64,000 bases of DNA from the human T2T-CHM13v2.0 reference genome, Homo sapiens. Positions 1-14,044 of this stretch are shown piece by piece. The DNA is taken from NCBI RefSeq assembly GCF_009914755.1, contig NC_060927.1. One strand, written 5' to 3'. The notes under the pieces are model-generated. The model saw only the letters and a list, made by a program, of their open reading frames with translations. It did not search any database and was not told the origin of the DNA. The position numbers and the translations under genes were made by a program. Position 1 is the first letter of the stretch. Every line of letters starts with the position of its first letter.

Positions 1-821
1 AGATTTTTTAAATTTAATCTGTGATTTTCTGTCTTATAGGTAACTTTAACCCTTTATTTTTGAAGGCTATTGTATTATGTGGCATGTTATTAAATGTTTT
101 ATATTACCAATATTTTGGTAAAATTTTATCTTGTGTTATTATAACTAGTAAGCTTTATTTTCTTTTACCCCATTTTTCTTTCACTGTTGGTATATATACA
201 TCATATTTTGAATAGTCCTTTAAAGACATAAAAGTTTAACATCTTTACTTGCAATTTAATCAATATTTTTTCTTTCTTAATTGAGTAGTGACAATATTTT
301 ACCTTTTATTCTCAGCTACCAATACTTTTACATTTTCTTAAATTAGTCCTTTTACATAAATTTTCATAGTAAACTATTATTTAAAATGACCTATATATTG
401 ACCAAATTTTTGGTTTATTCATATTTCTTATACTTCCATATATATATTTATGGTTTTGGTTTATTTCTTATTTATGTACATAAGATGATAAGCACCCTGT
501 GTTTTTATTTATAAAATATATTTAATTCCTGTGTGTTTTTGAAGTTCCATAGGAGATGATTATTTTCTCAAATTTAGTACATATTTTAACTTTTTATTAT
601 CATGTTTGTTTTTCTCATATGTATGTATTCATTAAAATTATCACCATTTTGCCACCCTTTAAGTGGTGTTACATGGTGTTGGTCCGAAGATACAGTGATG
701 TCAGTGATACTGGAACACTTTTTTTGTGTCGACTGCTTACTTGGAGTTCCTAAACCGCCACCAAGGAGATAGTAGGGAAGACTAATGCTTCAATGTCTCT
801 TGGGTATAATATCTTCCCATC

Positions 822-1346
822 TGTGATGGCTAATACTGAGTGTCAACTTGATTGGATTGAAGGATGCAAAGCATTGTTCCTGAGTATCTGTGAGAGTGTT
901 GTCAAAGGAGATTAATATTTGAGTCAGTGGACTGGGAGAGGCAGACCCACCCTCAGTCTGGGTGGGCACCATCTCATCATTCGTCAGCATGGCTAGAATA
1001 AAAGCAGGAACAAGAACGTGGAAAACCTGAACTGGCTAAGTCTTCTGGCCTCCATTTGTCTTCCATGCTGCGTGCTTCCTGCCCTCAAACATCACACTCC
1101 AAGTTCTTCAGCTTTTGGACTCTTGGACTTACACTAATGATTTGCGGGGTCTCTTGGGCCTTTGGGCCTTTGGCCACAGACTGAAGGCTGCACTATCGGC
1201 TTCCCTATTTTAGAGGTCTGGGGACTCAGACTGGCTTTCTGGCTCCTCAGCTTGCAAGACAGTCTATTGTGGGACTTCATCTTGTGATCGTGTGAGTCAG
1301 TACTCCCAATAAACTCCCCTTTATGTGTGTATGTATACTTATATGC

Positions 1347-1387
<41 letters not shown>

Positions 1388-1397
1388 CATATATATA

Positions 1398-1444
<47 letters not shown>

Positions 1445-1482
1445 TATTAGTTCTATCCATCTAGAGAACCCTAACTAATACA
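822..1482 (+). mobile_element. MLT2A-type (ERVL) solo LTR; length favours MLT2A2 over MLT2A1
   Basis: Starts TGTGATGGCTAATACTGAGTGTCAACTTGATTGGATTG and ends AGAACCCTAACTAATACA. TG...CA termini and a 5-bp TSD CCATC at 817-821 and 1483-1487. Confidence 0.92.
1325..1443. repeat. (TA)n/(TG)n/(CA)n compound microsatellite inside the MLT2A LTR
   Basis: Two long TA runs separated by mixed CA/TG dinucleotides. Confidence 0.95.
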
Positions 1483-2444
1483 CCATCCAAATACCTAACA
1501 TGGATATAAACTTTATAACCACTTGTCTGAGCTATTGAGATACGTTTTATACTTTCTGTTAACCACAAGTGTTTTGAGGTATAAGTTATAGATACAAAAG
1601 ATCTTATAAATGCATATTATTGAAAATCTATACTCATTACTTTCTATTATAGATGTAAAGTCTTCACATTCTTTTGTCTTTCTCAGGTTTTACTAAAAAG
1701 GTACACATTTACTCTTTAATTTTACTATTCTTACTTAACACTTTAATAAGAATAGCCCAATGTTATTATAATAGAGTGGAAATACTAGATAATTTATCTT
1801 GCTATTCTTTCCAAAATATTTTATCTTTCACGAAGAGCCCTCTCGATGGGAGATTTCTTATCTGTTAAATATGAATATTTTTATTTTTGATTCCTTTGAA
1901 AAATTTTCCATCTTTCACACTTCTTTTAGGGTATGATTTTCCTTATAATTGTGCACATTTTTTTCCTCTAATCCATGTATAACAGCTCCTGTTGTTTCCT
2001 CATCCCATTAGGGACAGCAAGCTTTACTTTTATTGCTTCCCACACTAAGAACACCTTCCCACCACACAGGAACTATGTGGGCTCCCAAGGCTTCTTTAAA
2101 TATATACAGAACACCATATCTTTTGTCAAATTCTCCTACACTGATCTGCTATACATAGTTGCTATTTTACTTTTGATTTTTCTCATGTATTTTCATTGAA
2201 CTTAGATTTTTGTATTATAAGCAAGAGACTTGTATTTTTATAACACAAATAGGAATAAAACATGTTTATAGAACTATATACATTATGTAAGTGCAGTGAT
2301 ATTTTAAAGTAATACTGTTTCTAAATGTTTGTGGTATTTTCATCAAATTATTTAATTTATAACTATACACTATATATAATATATAAATAATGCATTGATA
2401 TATATTGTAACTATCACCAAATGATTGTAAAAAATAAAGAACCA

Positions 2445-3082
2445 CAATATATTCTTGTCATTCATGACTGTTATATTCTATAAAGTGGCTGTGAACATTT
2501 AATTTGCGAATACACAACCATTACTCCAAGAAAAAATACAGAGTTAGGTTCCTAAGGACCTTTGGTCAAATATTCATCTACTGCTCAATATTTAACCTTG
2601 TTTTATATGTGTTTCTGTTTAAAGACACCATATTTAATATATCTCATTGGTTAATTAATATTGAAATCATGGCCAACACCATTATAACTCATACCTGAAG
2701 GAATCTTACTAACACACCGATTTTCTCTATAGGAAACATCATAGCTTTCTTGTGCTTAGAAACATTAGACTGCTCCAGTACTATGCTTGGGTACTATTTT
2801 AATTAGTAACAACACCAAGAGGAAAATGCAAAATGTGGAAAACATGGCATTAGACTGCAAAAGGGACATATTTAAAGTATGAGAACTAAAACAAGAAGGC
2901 GGAGTGTCACCTTGTGGGAACTCAGCTGAAAATGTGCATGTCAATTGGTTCAAATTTCTCGCTGTTCTGCATATGTTCATGATGACCATGAATGTGACAT
3001 GAGTATTGACTGTTGGAGTTACAAATACATTTTAGTAAGATAATTTGTAAATATTTATTCCATCAATTATAAGGATTGACTG
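2445..3082. mobile_element. TcMar-Tigger non-autonomous DNA transposon, MER82-like
   Basis: Segments ATACAGAGTTAGGTTCCT, TGTGTTTCTGTTTAAAGACACC and terminal AGGATTGACTG match my recall of the MER82 consensus. Length is about 640 bp. Confidence 0.7.
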
Positions 3083-3950
3083 CACTTATTTGAATTAATC
3101 TAATTATAAAATGCTTCTAATTGCCTGAAGCTAGATGATCAGATATGAGAGTTTATCATAACTTTATATGTTGACAAACTAAAATGATTTTAAAAACAAA
3201 ATTATTCAATTAATTCAAGCTTTTAACCTAAATGAAAATAAAATTGCTGTAATAGTGAAGAAAATCAGAAGAAAATTATTAGCAACCAGCTTGCTTATCT
3301 TTTTTTACTGTTTTAACTAGTATAAACTCATATATTTCTCTCTGTGGTGAAGTTTTTCCTTCCCACTTGACACGATTGCCATACAAATTATTGGGCAATT
3401 GTAACAAATTTCCATTCTCTGTACTAGATGCTTAAATGAAAACAAATTAAATTTATTTTTAATTTTTGTGCACTTTGTGTCAACATGATTGTGAGATTTG
3501 CTGTCATTGAATGTTTAGGTTGCAAAGTTTGGTTACTTTAAATTATAATAGGCATTATCAAATTTCTTTTTAAAATAATCTTTCCAATATAACTTCAACT
3601 TTCAGTGAGTACAATTTCTTATTGATTCAAATCCACTCGAATGTTTCATGTTTTCAAAATCTTTTAAAAGTGTTCTGTGTGTGGGAGTCTTAATTTTTGT
3701 TTTTGTAATTAGTACTAGTGGATTTGAGCATTTTCTTATGTAAAAAACGGCCCAAAACAACAAAAATAAGATTATGGCCAATAATTTCAATGAACTGAGA
3801 TATTATGTTATATAGATGCATAGAATTATATAAATTAATATTAAATTTATCAAGTAAATAAATATATAATTCAAAGTATATGAAAGCAGGAAAAGTACAA
3901 AATTGGAAGAAAATGTGAAGAAGAATTTTGATTTCTTTTTGGGTTACTGT

Positions 3951-4388
3951 ACTGTGCTAGTTTTTTTTTTTGCTTGTTTTTGTTTTTGTTTTTGTTTTTT
4001 GCATTGCTATAAAAACTACCTGTTGCTGGGTAATTTTTAAGGCAAAGAGGTTTAATTGGCTTATGGTTCTGCAGACTGGACAAGCATGACACTAACATTT
4101 GCTCAGCTTCTAGTGAGGGTCTCAGGAAGCTTGTAATCATGGAGAAGGTGAAAAGGAAAGCTGGTGTATCACATGATGGGAGAAAGGGCAAGAGAGCAAG
4201 AAGCGAGGTTTCACGCACATTTAAGCAACCAGATCTCGCAAGGAATTACTCACTATCAGGAGGACAACACCAAGCCATTCATGAGGGATCCACCTCAATA
4301 GTCCAAACATCTCCCACCAGGCCCCACTTCCCGCACTGGGGATTGCACTTCAACAAGAGATTTGGAGGGGACAAGCATCCGATAAGCA
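3951..4388 (-). mobile_element. MSTB-type MaLR solo LTR
   Basis: Contains GAGGTTTAATTGGCTTATGGTTCTGCAG, CATTCATGAGGGATCCACC and AGATTTGGAGGGGACA, which are the reverse strand of the MST LTR. Confidence 0.85.
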
Positions 4389-4559
4389 ATAAAGCAATTG
4401 ATTCAGTAATTGATATCCTATATATATCCAAAATGTATCAATTACTGGATCAATTGCTTTATTGCTTACAGGAGTTTTCATATATTTTATATTTTCCTGA
4501 GAGTGACATAATTGAGGTAATTTACATTTTTTAGTAATTTGTCTATTTCATACTTAAAA

Positions 4560-5960
4560 CTTTTTGTAATTAAATATTTCAAGATAGTTATATTAATGTC
4601 ATTTTTTTCATCTCCAATATTGGTTATTTATCCTTTCTGTTCTCCTCCCACCCCCTACATTTGTTCCTGGTTAGTCTTTCCTAAGGTTTATTTCTTAAGA
4701 TTTTCAATCAGATTGCACTTGACTTTATCCATGTTCTTGTATGCTTGTTCTGTCTCATTACTTCTTAATCCAATCAATTTTATTTCCTTTCTTCAACCTT
4801 CTTTAGGTTTAAGTAACATGTATGGTCCTTAATTTCCTGAATTCGATGCTTATGTCACTCAGTTTTATTTATTTTTTCTTTTTAAATATATACATGTAAA
4901 CTCAGATTATTATTTTTAAATACTGCTTTGATTTCATCCTACAAGATTTTTATGTGCAGTGTTTTTATTATACTTAGTTGAAAATAGTTTCTAATTTTCA
5001 TTGTGATTTTTATCTTTTTTATATATTTTATTCCTATGTGTACATATTAATTTTTATAAATATTAGGAATTTTTAAGAATGCTTTTAATATTGATTTATA
5101 ATTTAATTACTTTATGATGTTATGACATATTGATTTATAATTTAATTTATAATTTATAAATTATTTATAATTTACTTTATGATGTTATGACATATTGATT
5201 TATAATTTAATTACTTTATGATGTTATGACATATGCCACAGGATTTCAATCCTTTGAAATATGCTGAGCTTTATGGAACATCATATGGTTAATTTTGTAA
5301 ATGTTCTATATGTGCCACAAAAATCTATTTTCTAAATTTTAATATTCTATGTTGTAAGTTGAAGTTTACCACATTTTATATTTATACTGCAATTTTACTA
5401 CCTGTTTTAATTTATGAGCTAGATATGTATATGCATTAAAATATCCTATTATATTTGTGCATTTATCTCTTCTGTTTCAGTAAATATTTGCTATTTATAT
5501 TTTCAGGTATATTATTAAGTTCCTACAATTTTAAAAATACTAAGTCTTTTTAATGAGTTGAAAGTTTACTATTATGAAACAAACCTCTTTGTACTAATAA
5601 TGTTTCAGGAAATAAAATCTACTTTATCTAGTATTACATAGTTTCACTACTTTTTTGTTTGTCTGGTGGTTTATCTTTTTTTATTCTTAAATATGATTAT
5701 CTTTATTTTTTAGATAAATATTTTATAAACAGTATATAGTTTCTTTTGTTCACTACAACAATATTTATCTTTTATCTGGGACATTTAACATTCTTATTGA
5801 TAAATTTAATTTACACCAATTTATTTTGTATTTTCAGTTTTCTCAAACTTTGTTCATTTCACTCCCTTCATACCATCTTTTCATTCATCACATATTCCTT
5901 ACTAACTTGTCTCCACTATTTCAATACCATGGGCTCTATTTTATATGTAGTTCATATATT
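4560..5960 (-). mobile_element. Highly decayed old L1 (L1M-type) fragments
   Basis: T-rich tract with faint antisense L1 ORF2-like motifs, e.g. ATTTCAATCCTTTGAAAT and ATATGGTTAATTTTGTAAATGTTC. Boundaries are approximate. Confidence 0.5.
5088..5234. repeat. 39-bp tandem repeat, 3 copies, middle copy expanded
   Basis: ATATTGATTTATAATTTAATTACTTTATGATGTTATGAC at 5088 and 5192. The middle copy (5127-5191) carries about 26 extra nt. Confidence 0.9.
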
Positions 5961-6869
5961 TTGAACACTCTTGTTTATCAAGAGTTTTAACTTCAGATTT
6001 GGTCCAAACTTGGCCAGTTGAATGTGGATGACAGTTATAATGTGCCAACTATGAGATAAGGCTGAAGATGCATCACTTATTTCCACCTGACCTCTCACAT
6101 TTCTACAATCACTGTAAGAGTGTACTACCTAGCTAGTCCAAAGAGGATGACTTATGGACCAAATATAAAGCCAACCTCTAGCTTTGACCCTAGGGTAACT
6201 AAGCACTGCCCAGATCAGGTTTGTCTCAAATAACCCTCTGATTAATGGGAATAAATGTTTGTGCACTAAGGTTTTTGTTTATTATTCAATTTTAGCTGAC
6301 AGATGCATTCTATTTTAAAACTTTTCTTCAACTGAATTACATATACCACAAGTTTACATTTGTTGTAACATTACTTTCTTTTCTAAAATGTACTTATAGA
6401 ACTGTCTAATTTTTTATAATAAAAACTAAAATTATCAGCCTGAGCTTCTATTTTCTGACCGTCAGTATCGTCCTGTGAGTTACAGTCCTCCATCAAACCA
6501 CTGAGTAGCAAATATCTTCCCACCTTATGCATAAAATATCCTGCTATTAAAAAGTATTCTCATTTCCCAGTGTACATTGTTCTGTTTTTCTAAGAAGACT
6601 TCACTCTCTGAATTGCTCTTCTAATCCATCTTTCTACTTTTTTACTGAAAATTGCTAAGAGCTTGGGGGCATTATTCATTATGTTGTTTATTCTAGTAAT
6701 AAATTCACTTCGTCCATTCTAAAATTAATATTCTTTTCGTTTCTTATATATTCACTCATTTACTTCTAAAGATGTTTAACAATCAAATTGCAACTTAGGA
6801 AATAACGTAAAGAACGTCTTCGTGATGCTGTTTTGCTTCACAGCCCTCAGAAAATGTGTAATGTGTTTT

Positions 6870-7203
6870 ATGGTAGGTGGGCTCTAATCCAATTTGTGGT
6901 GTTTTTAAAAGAAGAGGAAATTAGACATACACACAGAGAGACACCAGGATCATGGGTGCACAAAGGTGCATGTGAAGAAGTAGCAAGAAGGTGGAACCAT
7001 GTGAAGAAGTAGCAAGAGGGTGGTCATCTGCAAACCAAGCAGAAGCCTAAAATAGATCATTCCCAAATGACCTTCAGAAAAAAACATCCCTTCCAGCACT
7101 TTGACCTTTGACTTCTAACCTCCACAACTGAGAATAATAAATTTCAGTTGTTTAAGGGCCCAGTCTGTGGTATTTTTTTATGCAACCCCAGCAGCTTAAT
7201 ACA
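6870..7203 (+). mobile_element. MLT1 (MLT1B-like) MaLR LTR fragment
   Basis: Contains CTCTAATCCAAT, TTGACTTCTAACCTCCA and AATAAATTTCAGTTGTTTAAG, and ends TAATACA. Internal 26-bp duplication at 6969-7023. Confidence 0.8.
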
Positions 7204-7519
7204 GATGTTTAAAATAATAAATAATTTAATTAAGAGAGTAAGTAATACATATCTTCTCATTCTAGACTCATTAATTTAGGGATCTGTGAAGGAAAAAGTT
7301 AACACTTCAGGTTTGTTTGCTTGGTCCTTTCGTTTTCCAAGAAAGCCTGGGCAGAGACATGATTGACACCTAGCCAACACCCTGGGAACATAGCCCTTGA
7401 AGGCTACCTGTGTTAATGATTGATCATTTTGCTTTTTACACATAGAGAAATGGATTAGGCCATTCCAGGTTGTCAGTGTTGCATTACACAAACATTATTG
7501 TTGACAGTATGTACCTGGT

Positions 7520-7928
7520 TTCACTGCTAAGGTACTGAGTTTTGGTTACTATGGCAGGTTCCACAGCATAACGCACACAGAGAGTTATTCTCCTCTTTCT
7601 ACAGAGTCAGTGTTACTGTACTGCAATGAATGTGTGATAATATGTAAACTATTGCCAACCAAAAAATCTCATCCAAGCCTCAATGACCACCCGCCCCATC
7701 ACAATGTTGTTTTTTGGGGCATAGTCAGCCCCTACTCTAAACGCTTTCTGGTGTAGCCAGTCTCTATCATAGGTCACATGTTTAGATTATCTGGAATAAT
7801 CTAACGTCTGCAGGAAAAGAAAAACATTTGTATGAAGCCTGATACTTCGTGATTACCTTCCCAGAAACAGAAGGCAAAAACCATATCTAACTTCTCATTT
7901 CCTGTAAGGTTAAATTCTTTACTATACA
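7520..7928 (-). mobile_element. MER21C/MER77-like ERV LTR fragment
   Basis: Reverse complement begins TGTATAGTAAAGAATTTAACCTT...TTTTTGCCTTCTGTTTCTGGGAAGGTAATC. Confidence 0.55.
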
Positions 7929-7946
7929 TTTTTTTATCTGCTGCTA

Positions 7947-8132
7947 ATATATACATATATATGTGTGTATACACATGTATGCATATATATCTGTATGTGT
8001 ATATGTAAGCATACATATGTGTATATGCATATATGTAATACACATGTATATATGCTTATATTTACATATGTGTGTATGTATGAGTGTATATATGTATATC
8101 TAAGCATACATACATATATACACTTATATATA
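7947..8132. repeat. Degenerate (TA/TG/CA)n low-complexity tract
   Basis: Alternating purine-pyrimidine sequence. It resumes at 8329-8390. Confidence 0.9.
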
Positions 8133-8167
8133 GAAATTTTAGAAGAGAATACAGATTTTAAAATCCT

Positions 8168-8295
8168 GGCCAGGTGCAGTAGCTCACGTCTGTTATCCCA
8201 GCACTTTGGGAGGCCAAATGGGGTGGGTCACTTGAGCCTAGGAGTTCAAACGCAGCCCGGGCAACATTATGAAACCCTGTCTCTATTTAAAAAAG
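8168..8295 (+). mobile_element. Free left Alu monomer (FLAM-like), duplicated copy
   Basis: GGCCAGGTGCAGTAGCTCAC...GAAACCCTGTCTCTA followed by a short A tract. No right monomer. Confidence 0.9.
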
Positions 8296-8468
8296 AGGGT
8301 AATTAAAGATGCTGATCCAAGGGTTTCAATACATACATATATACACTTATATATATACACACATATATACACACACACACACATATATAATAAACCGTAA
8401 CCATATATATAACCTGCTGTTCAGTCCTTTGAGTTCTATGCAGTACGTAAACTCTGGAGTGGTACTGA

Positions 8469-8633
<165 letters not shown>

Positions 8634-8789
8634 TAAAATCTGTATTCTCTTCTAAAATTTCTAGACTTGTAGAAGAATCCCTTATCTCCCTCTTAAGATC
8701 TGTTACTAGCCTTTTGGTAGAAGACAATGCAGAGATTTCTCCTTAATAACACAAAATATGCCTTACTCAATTTGCACCCACACTCTTTT

Positions 8790-9310
8790 CTGACAATTGG
8801 ACCTGTGGCAGCACAACCTACGTGGGGATGTGTTGGGCCTATAAGGAAGACACTATACCCAAAGGAACTAAAATACACAACCTGTGTGTGCCAGTAGAGA
8901 TTAAGCATTGACAAATTACACAAAAATTTGGGTTCTATGCGTGGTTGATCAGGGGGTGGGAATAGGGTGGATCATAAAGAGACTTTTGGATCAGGGTATT
9001 CTCTTCCAAAATATAAGGTTTAACTCAGTAAGGACCCAAGTACATAATACAAACTACTTATGAGGATTGATCCAAAAAGCATTGGGAAAATGATGGCTTA
9101 AGCTAAAAAAGTTTGAAATAGCAGAATTGTTGTAGGACTAATAACTTGAGGAAATAGACATACTGAAATGGGTATTATGCATATTGCCAGGAGACACACT
9201 GGATTATTATATTCTTAAAGAAGGTTCAAAAAAGACACAATTCACCAAGGCAACCAGGACTGCTGCTGAGGGGGACGTTGGCATGACGTTGGCATGACGT
9301 TGGCATGACT
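8790..9310 (+). mobile_element. Decayed ERVL-class internal (gag) fragment, HERV16/ERV3-16A3-like
   Basis: Motifs CTATACCCAAAGGAACT, TTGATCAGGGGG, GGTTTAAC...AAGGACCC and TTCACCAAGGCAA occur in the order I recall for ERVL gag. No intact ORF. Confidence 0.6.
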
Positions 9311-10550
9311 GGGAATTAAATTGAAGTTTAAGCTTGTCTAATAAATTAGTATTACCTTGTTCTTCCTCAATTCAGTATCCAAAATAATTTCAAAGAGTAA
9401 TCTTTAGGCTTCAAATCTAAATACATTTTGGTTTTATTGTGTCTGTTAAACCTTATATGCCCTGTAGAGAGTAACACAGAGAAGCCACTTATTTGGGGGG
9501 ATTAATATGTTTTTAAACATGGTTAATCACAACATTCTTCTAACGCTTTCTACCACAATAGAAATTCAGAGAATCCAAATATATTCTGCTAAAATAGGTT
9601 CCTTAAATAAGGAATCAGTACACAGAACCTGTGTGTGCCAGTCATCCATCTGCTTTTCATGTTCTCAAATTACTATCTTTTATTCTCATTATTTGTTCTT
9701 GTGTATTTGTATTATTTTAACATACTTGTCTTTTAAGTATAATTTATTCAGAAAATTGGGCAAATCATAAGCTTACAGCTGCATGAACTAGCAAACATTT
9801 TAAACAGCAAAGGTTAATGAATTTAACAACAGTAGCAACCAGAACTTACACCTCTAACCCCCCTCAATTACCACCCCTAGTCTTACTGTGACTGTTAATT
9901 ACTTTGGGCCATTTTTTAAACATTCCATAAATGAAATAATATTGTAAATACACATATATGTCTAAGTGCATAGGTTCCTTCATCTTTCAGTATATTTCTA
10001 TTCATTTGATTTAAGTTGAGTAATTGGTACACCAAATTTTATGTATTCTTTCTAAAGACGGTGAATTTTTAGTTTGGCCATTATCAATTAATCTGTTATG
10101 AATATTTGTGTTGCGAATGTTGATAGACATAGACATTTACTGCTCCTGGCTGTGAAATTTTTGAGTTACAGAAATGTCTTATGTATAGCTTTGCCAGATT
10201 TTCAATCATTTTTTCAACACATTTGTATAAATTTTTACTTTCAGCAGAAAAATATGAGTGTTCCACTTGCTCCATAATTGAGACAACATTTGGAATGATC
10301 AGATTTTACTATTATTTGAATCGAGTTTTGAGTCAGAGGGAAGGAAGTAAAGCTATACCATTTTTAAATATTTCAATGGATGCATCTGTAAAAATTAATG
10401 TTCTTTGGAATTTTTATTAATATATTGTAAGTTTTGATGATTGAACTAATTGTTCATGAAACTAACATTAATCAAATTTTTTTGTTATTATCTAAGAATG
10501 AGTAATGGACCTTGCTTGAGATTCATCCAAAGGGGAGGACAAGATAAACC

Positions 10551-10945
10551 TGTATAGTTATTAATTTTATGTTCCACCTTGGCTATGCTATGTTGTTTGG
10601 TTAGACTCTGGTATAGATGTGGCTGTCAAAGTATTTTGCACATGTGATTATTAACATTTACAGTTTACCTCTAGTAAAGGAGATACTCTCAATAATATGT
10701 GAGGACCTCATTCAATCAGTTGAAAGCCTTCAGAGCAAAACTGAAGTTTCCCAGAGAAGGAGTAATTCCACCAGAAGACTGTAACCTAAAGATCCTGCCT
10801 GAGTTTCGCCTACTGATTTTGGGATGAAGATTGCAACTTCAACTCTTGCCTCAGTTTCCATGCTGCCAGTCTGCCCTACAGATTTCAGACTTGCCAGCAC
10901 CAACATGAGCCAATACCTTGAAATCAATTGCTCTCTCTCTTCTGT
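10551..10945 (+). mobile_element. MLT2D-like ERVL LTR
   Basis: Contains TTAATTTTATGT, CCTCATTCAATCAGTTGAAAGCCTT and CCCTACAGATTTCAGACTTGCCAGC. Confidence 0.75.
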
Positions 10946-11049
10946 TATTTTATGTGTGACATAATTTGAAATCACACTCCCACTTATTGATTATCTGTTT
11001 AACAGTTGATGGTGAGTACAGAGTCATTTGAATGTTAGAATATGCCATA

Positions 11050-11822
<773 letters not shown>

Positions 11823-13384
11823 CATGGGAAACTTGGACTTGGAAATTCCCTTTGATTTTAATTTTTAGAATATTAAGAAATAAGGTAATATTTCTTTTTC
11901 TCCACAACACTTTAAATCTGTTGTTTAAAATTATGGCTTTATACATTTTATGATCTGATGTACTAAGATTATTTTTAAATTAGCTTTTCAACTCATTTTC
12001 TCATTTCATTTATATTTCCTGAAATATCAAAATTTGGTGAGATTCTTTTTGACAGCTGCATTCTAATCCGTTACTATGCCACCAAGCTACTTGATATTTT
12101 TATTAAAAAATTAAAACTGTAATAAAATTATATTTATGAGTTAACTGTATTCATCTCATCTCTCACCCCCCCTACAATATATGGCATCAAAACTTGTATG
12201 TGACTCATAGATATGTATGATTTTCTTCTCTGAAATCTACTAATAAGTAAATATTCTTTTTTTTTAGGCTTGATAGGACTTATTAATATTAGGCTATTGT
12301 ATCTTCACCATTTTTTATAAATTGCCAGTAAAGAAAACCTAACCCACCTCTACTGTGATTACTCAGGAAGAATAAATGCTTCAGCTCCTTGCTTGCTGGA
12401 GCAAATGCTTCTCTCATCGAATCTGTTCAGGATACTTCAAAAACACATATAGACTTTGGATAATCCTGTTCATTCATTAAAAAAAAGTATACTTTAAGAC
12501 ACACTTCTGATATTTGTTTGTATTTTTGTGGAGAAGTTGCATGCTGATAATGAGCAATATATTTATTCTTCTATAACCTTAACTATTCAGTTGTGGAGGG
12601 CGTAAAATATATTCTAAATTGTATGCTGCAGGAAGTATTGCCATTCAAAGTGAACATAATTACTTACTTAGATTAAGCAAGCCTTCCCAATGTTGACATT
12701 TATTGTATGTATTTACATGTTGTAAAAAGCTTCAAAATGCATGTGATTTAGTAAAAAAAAAAGTGAATAATACGTTCTCAAAACCACCGGTGACAAGTAC
12801 ATTAAATTGTTTTTATAAGTATATGTTTGTGTGCCTTTTGCTTGTAATTTAGACTAAACCTCTATCTGAGTTTATGTTACTAATAAAGCTTATTAATATA
12901 GATGAGTTTAGGGTCAATGTTTGATTGTGAGAGCATATGCCTGCTCATGTTGACCTGCTCTTAAAACTCCAATTTATAAAATAATCAACACCATTTAATA
13001 TGGATATGCCAAATAAATAATCTGGGAAACAATAACAAAAAAATCAAATTGTGTTTTACTTTTGGATGATCAACAGTAGCAGAGATTTTGTATATTCTCA
13101 TCTTACTGGGTGGGAAATTAGTACCATTATTCTCCATGCATCTCTGTGCTTGTTAAATACCATAGGATAAAATCAATTGTCAATAAAATTATATTCAAAA
13201 GCTTCAAAGTTCTATAAATAATAGAAACCCATAAAAAACAGAATCTTTAGTATAGGATATAATTAAAATTTTCCTTTTGCTGATGATAGTGGTAGTAGTG
13301 ATTTGAAAGCCATTAGTGATTCTAATGATAACAGTTATAATATACTACTCCCATTTCTTAAAATGTGAATTACACATAGATGGG

Positions 13385-13740
13385 TAATATAGTTTGGCTC
13401 TGTGTCCCTACCCAAATCTCACTTTGAATTGTAATAATCCCCATATGTCAAGGGAGGGACCAGGAGGAGATAATTGAAACATGGGGGCAGTTTCACCGTG
13501 CTAGTCTCATGATAGTAAGTGAGTTCTTACGAGATCTGATGGTTTTATCAGGGGCTTCCTCCTTCGATCGGCACTCATTCACTTTCCTGCAGCCCTGTGA
13601 AGAGGTGTCTTCCACCATGATTGTAAGTTTCCCGAGGCCTCCCCAGACAGGCAGAACTGTGACTCAGTTAAACCTCTTTCCTTTATAAATTGCCCAGTCT
13701 CGGGTATTTCGTCATAGCAGCATGAGAATGGACTAATACA
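13385..13740 (+). mobile_element. THE1 (C/D-like) MaLR solo LTR
   Basis: TTTGGCTCTGTGTCCCTACCCAAATCTCA...GAATGGACTAATACA. 5-bp TSD ATGGG at 13380-13384 and 13741-13745. Confidence 0.92.
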
Positions 13741-14044
13741 ATGGGTATTATGTTCTTCTATGGGTATAAGCATGATCTATTTCACTGCTGAAGAAAGAAC
13801 AGACGAGGAGAATTGGAAATACCAGTTGTGACCACTGCACAGAAGTGTGATATCAGAGGAAATCCCCTTTATTTTATAAAGAAGCAAGCATCTGGTTAAA
13901 TGTGGCAACTCAGAAAAAAAAATTAAATTGACTTAGTGTCCAGTCCAGGAAGGTTAAAGAAGAGTTTCTTCAATCTGTTCTGTCTGGCGTTAATATATCC
14001 TTAGAAATCAGTAAATTAGAGATGATGGAAAACATCTGGTCTGG

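Noticed and set aside
3871-4534. 115- and 131-aa ORFs
   Set aside because: They lie in the MSTB LTR and its flank, with no domain similarity or exon structure.
5088-5234. Repeat-spacer-like pattern suggesting a CRISPR array
   Set aside because: The units are contiguous with no unique spacers, the context is eukaryotic, and there are no cas genes.
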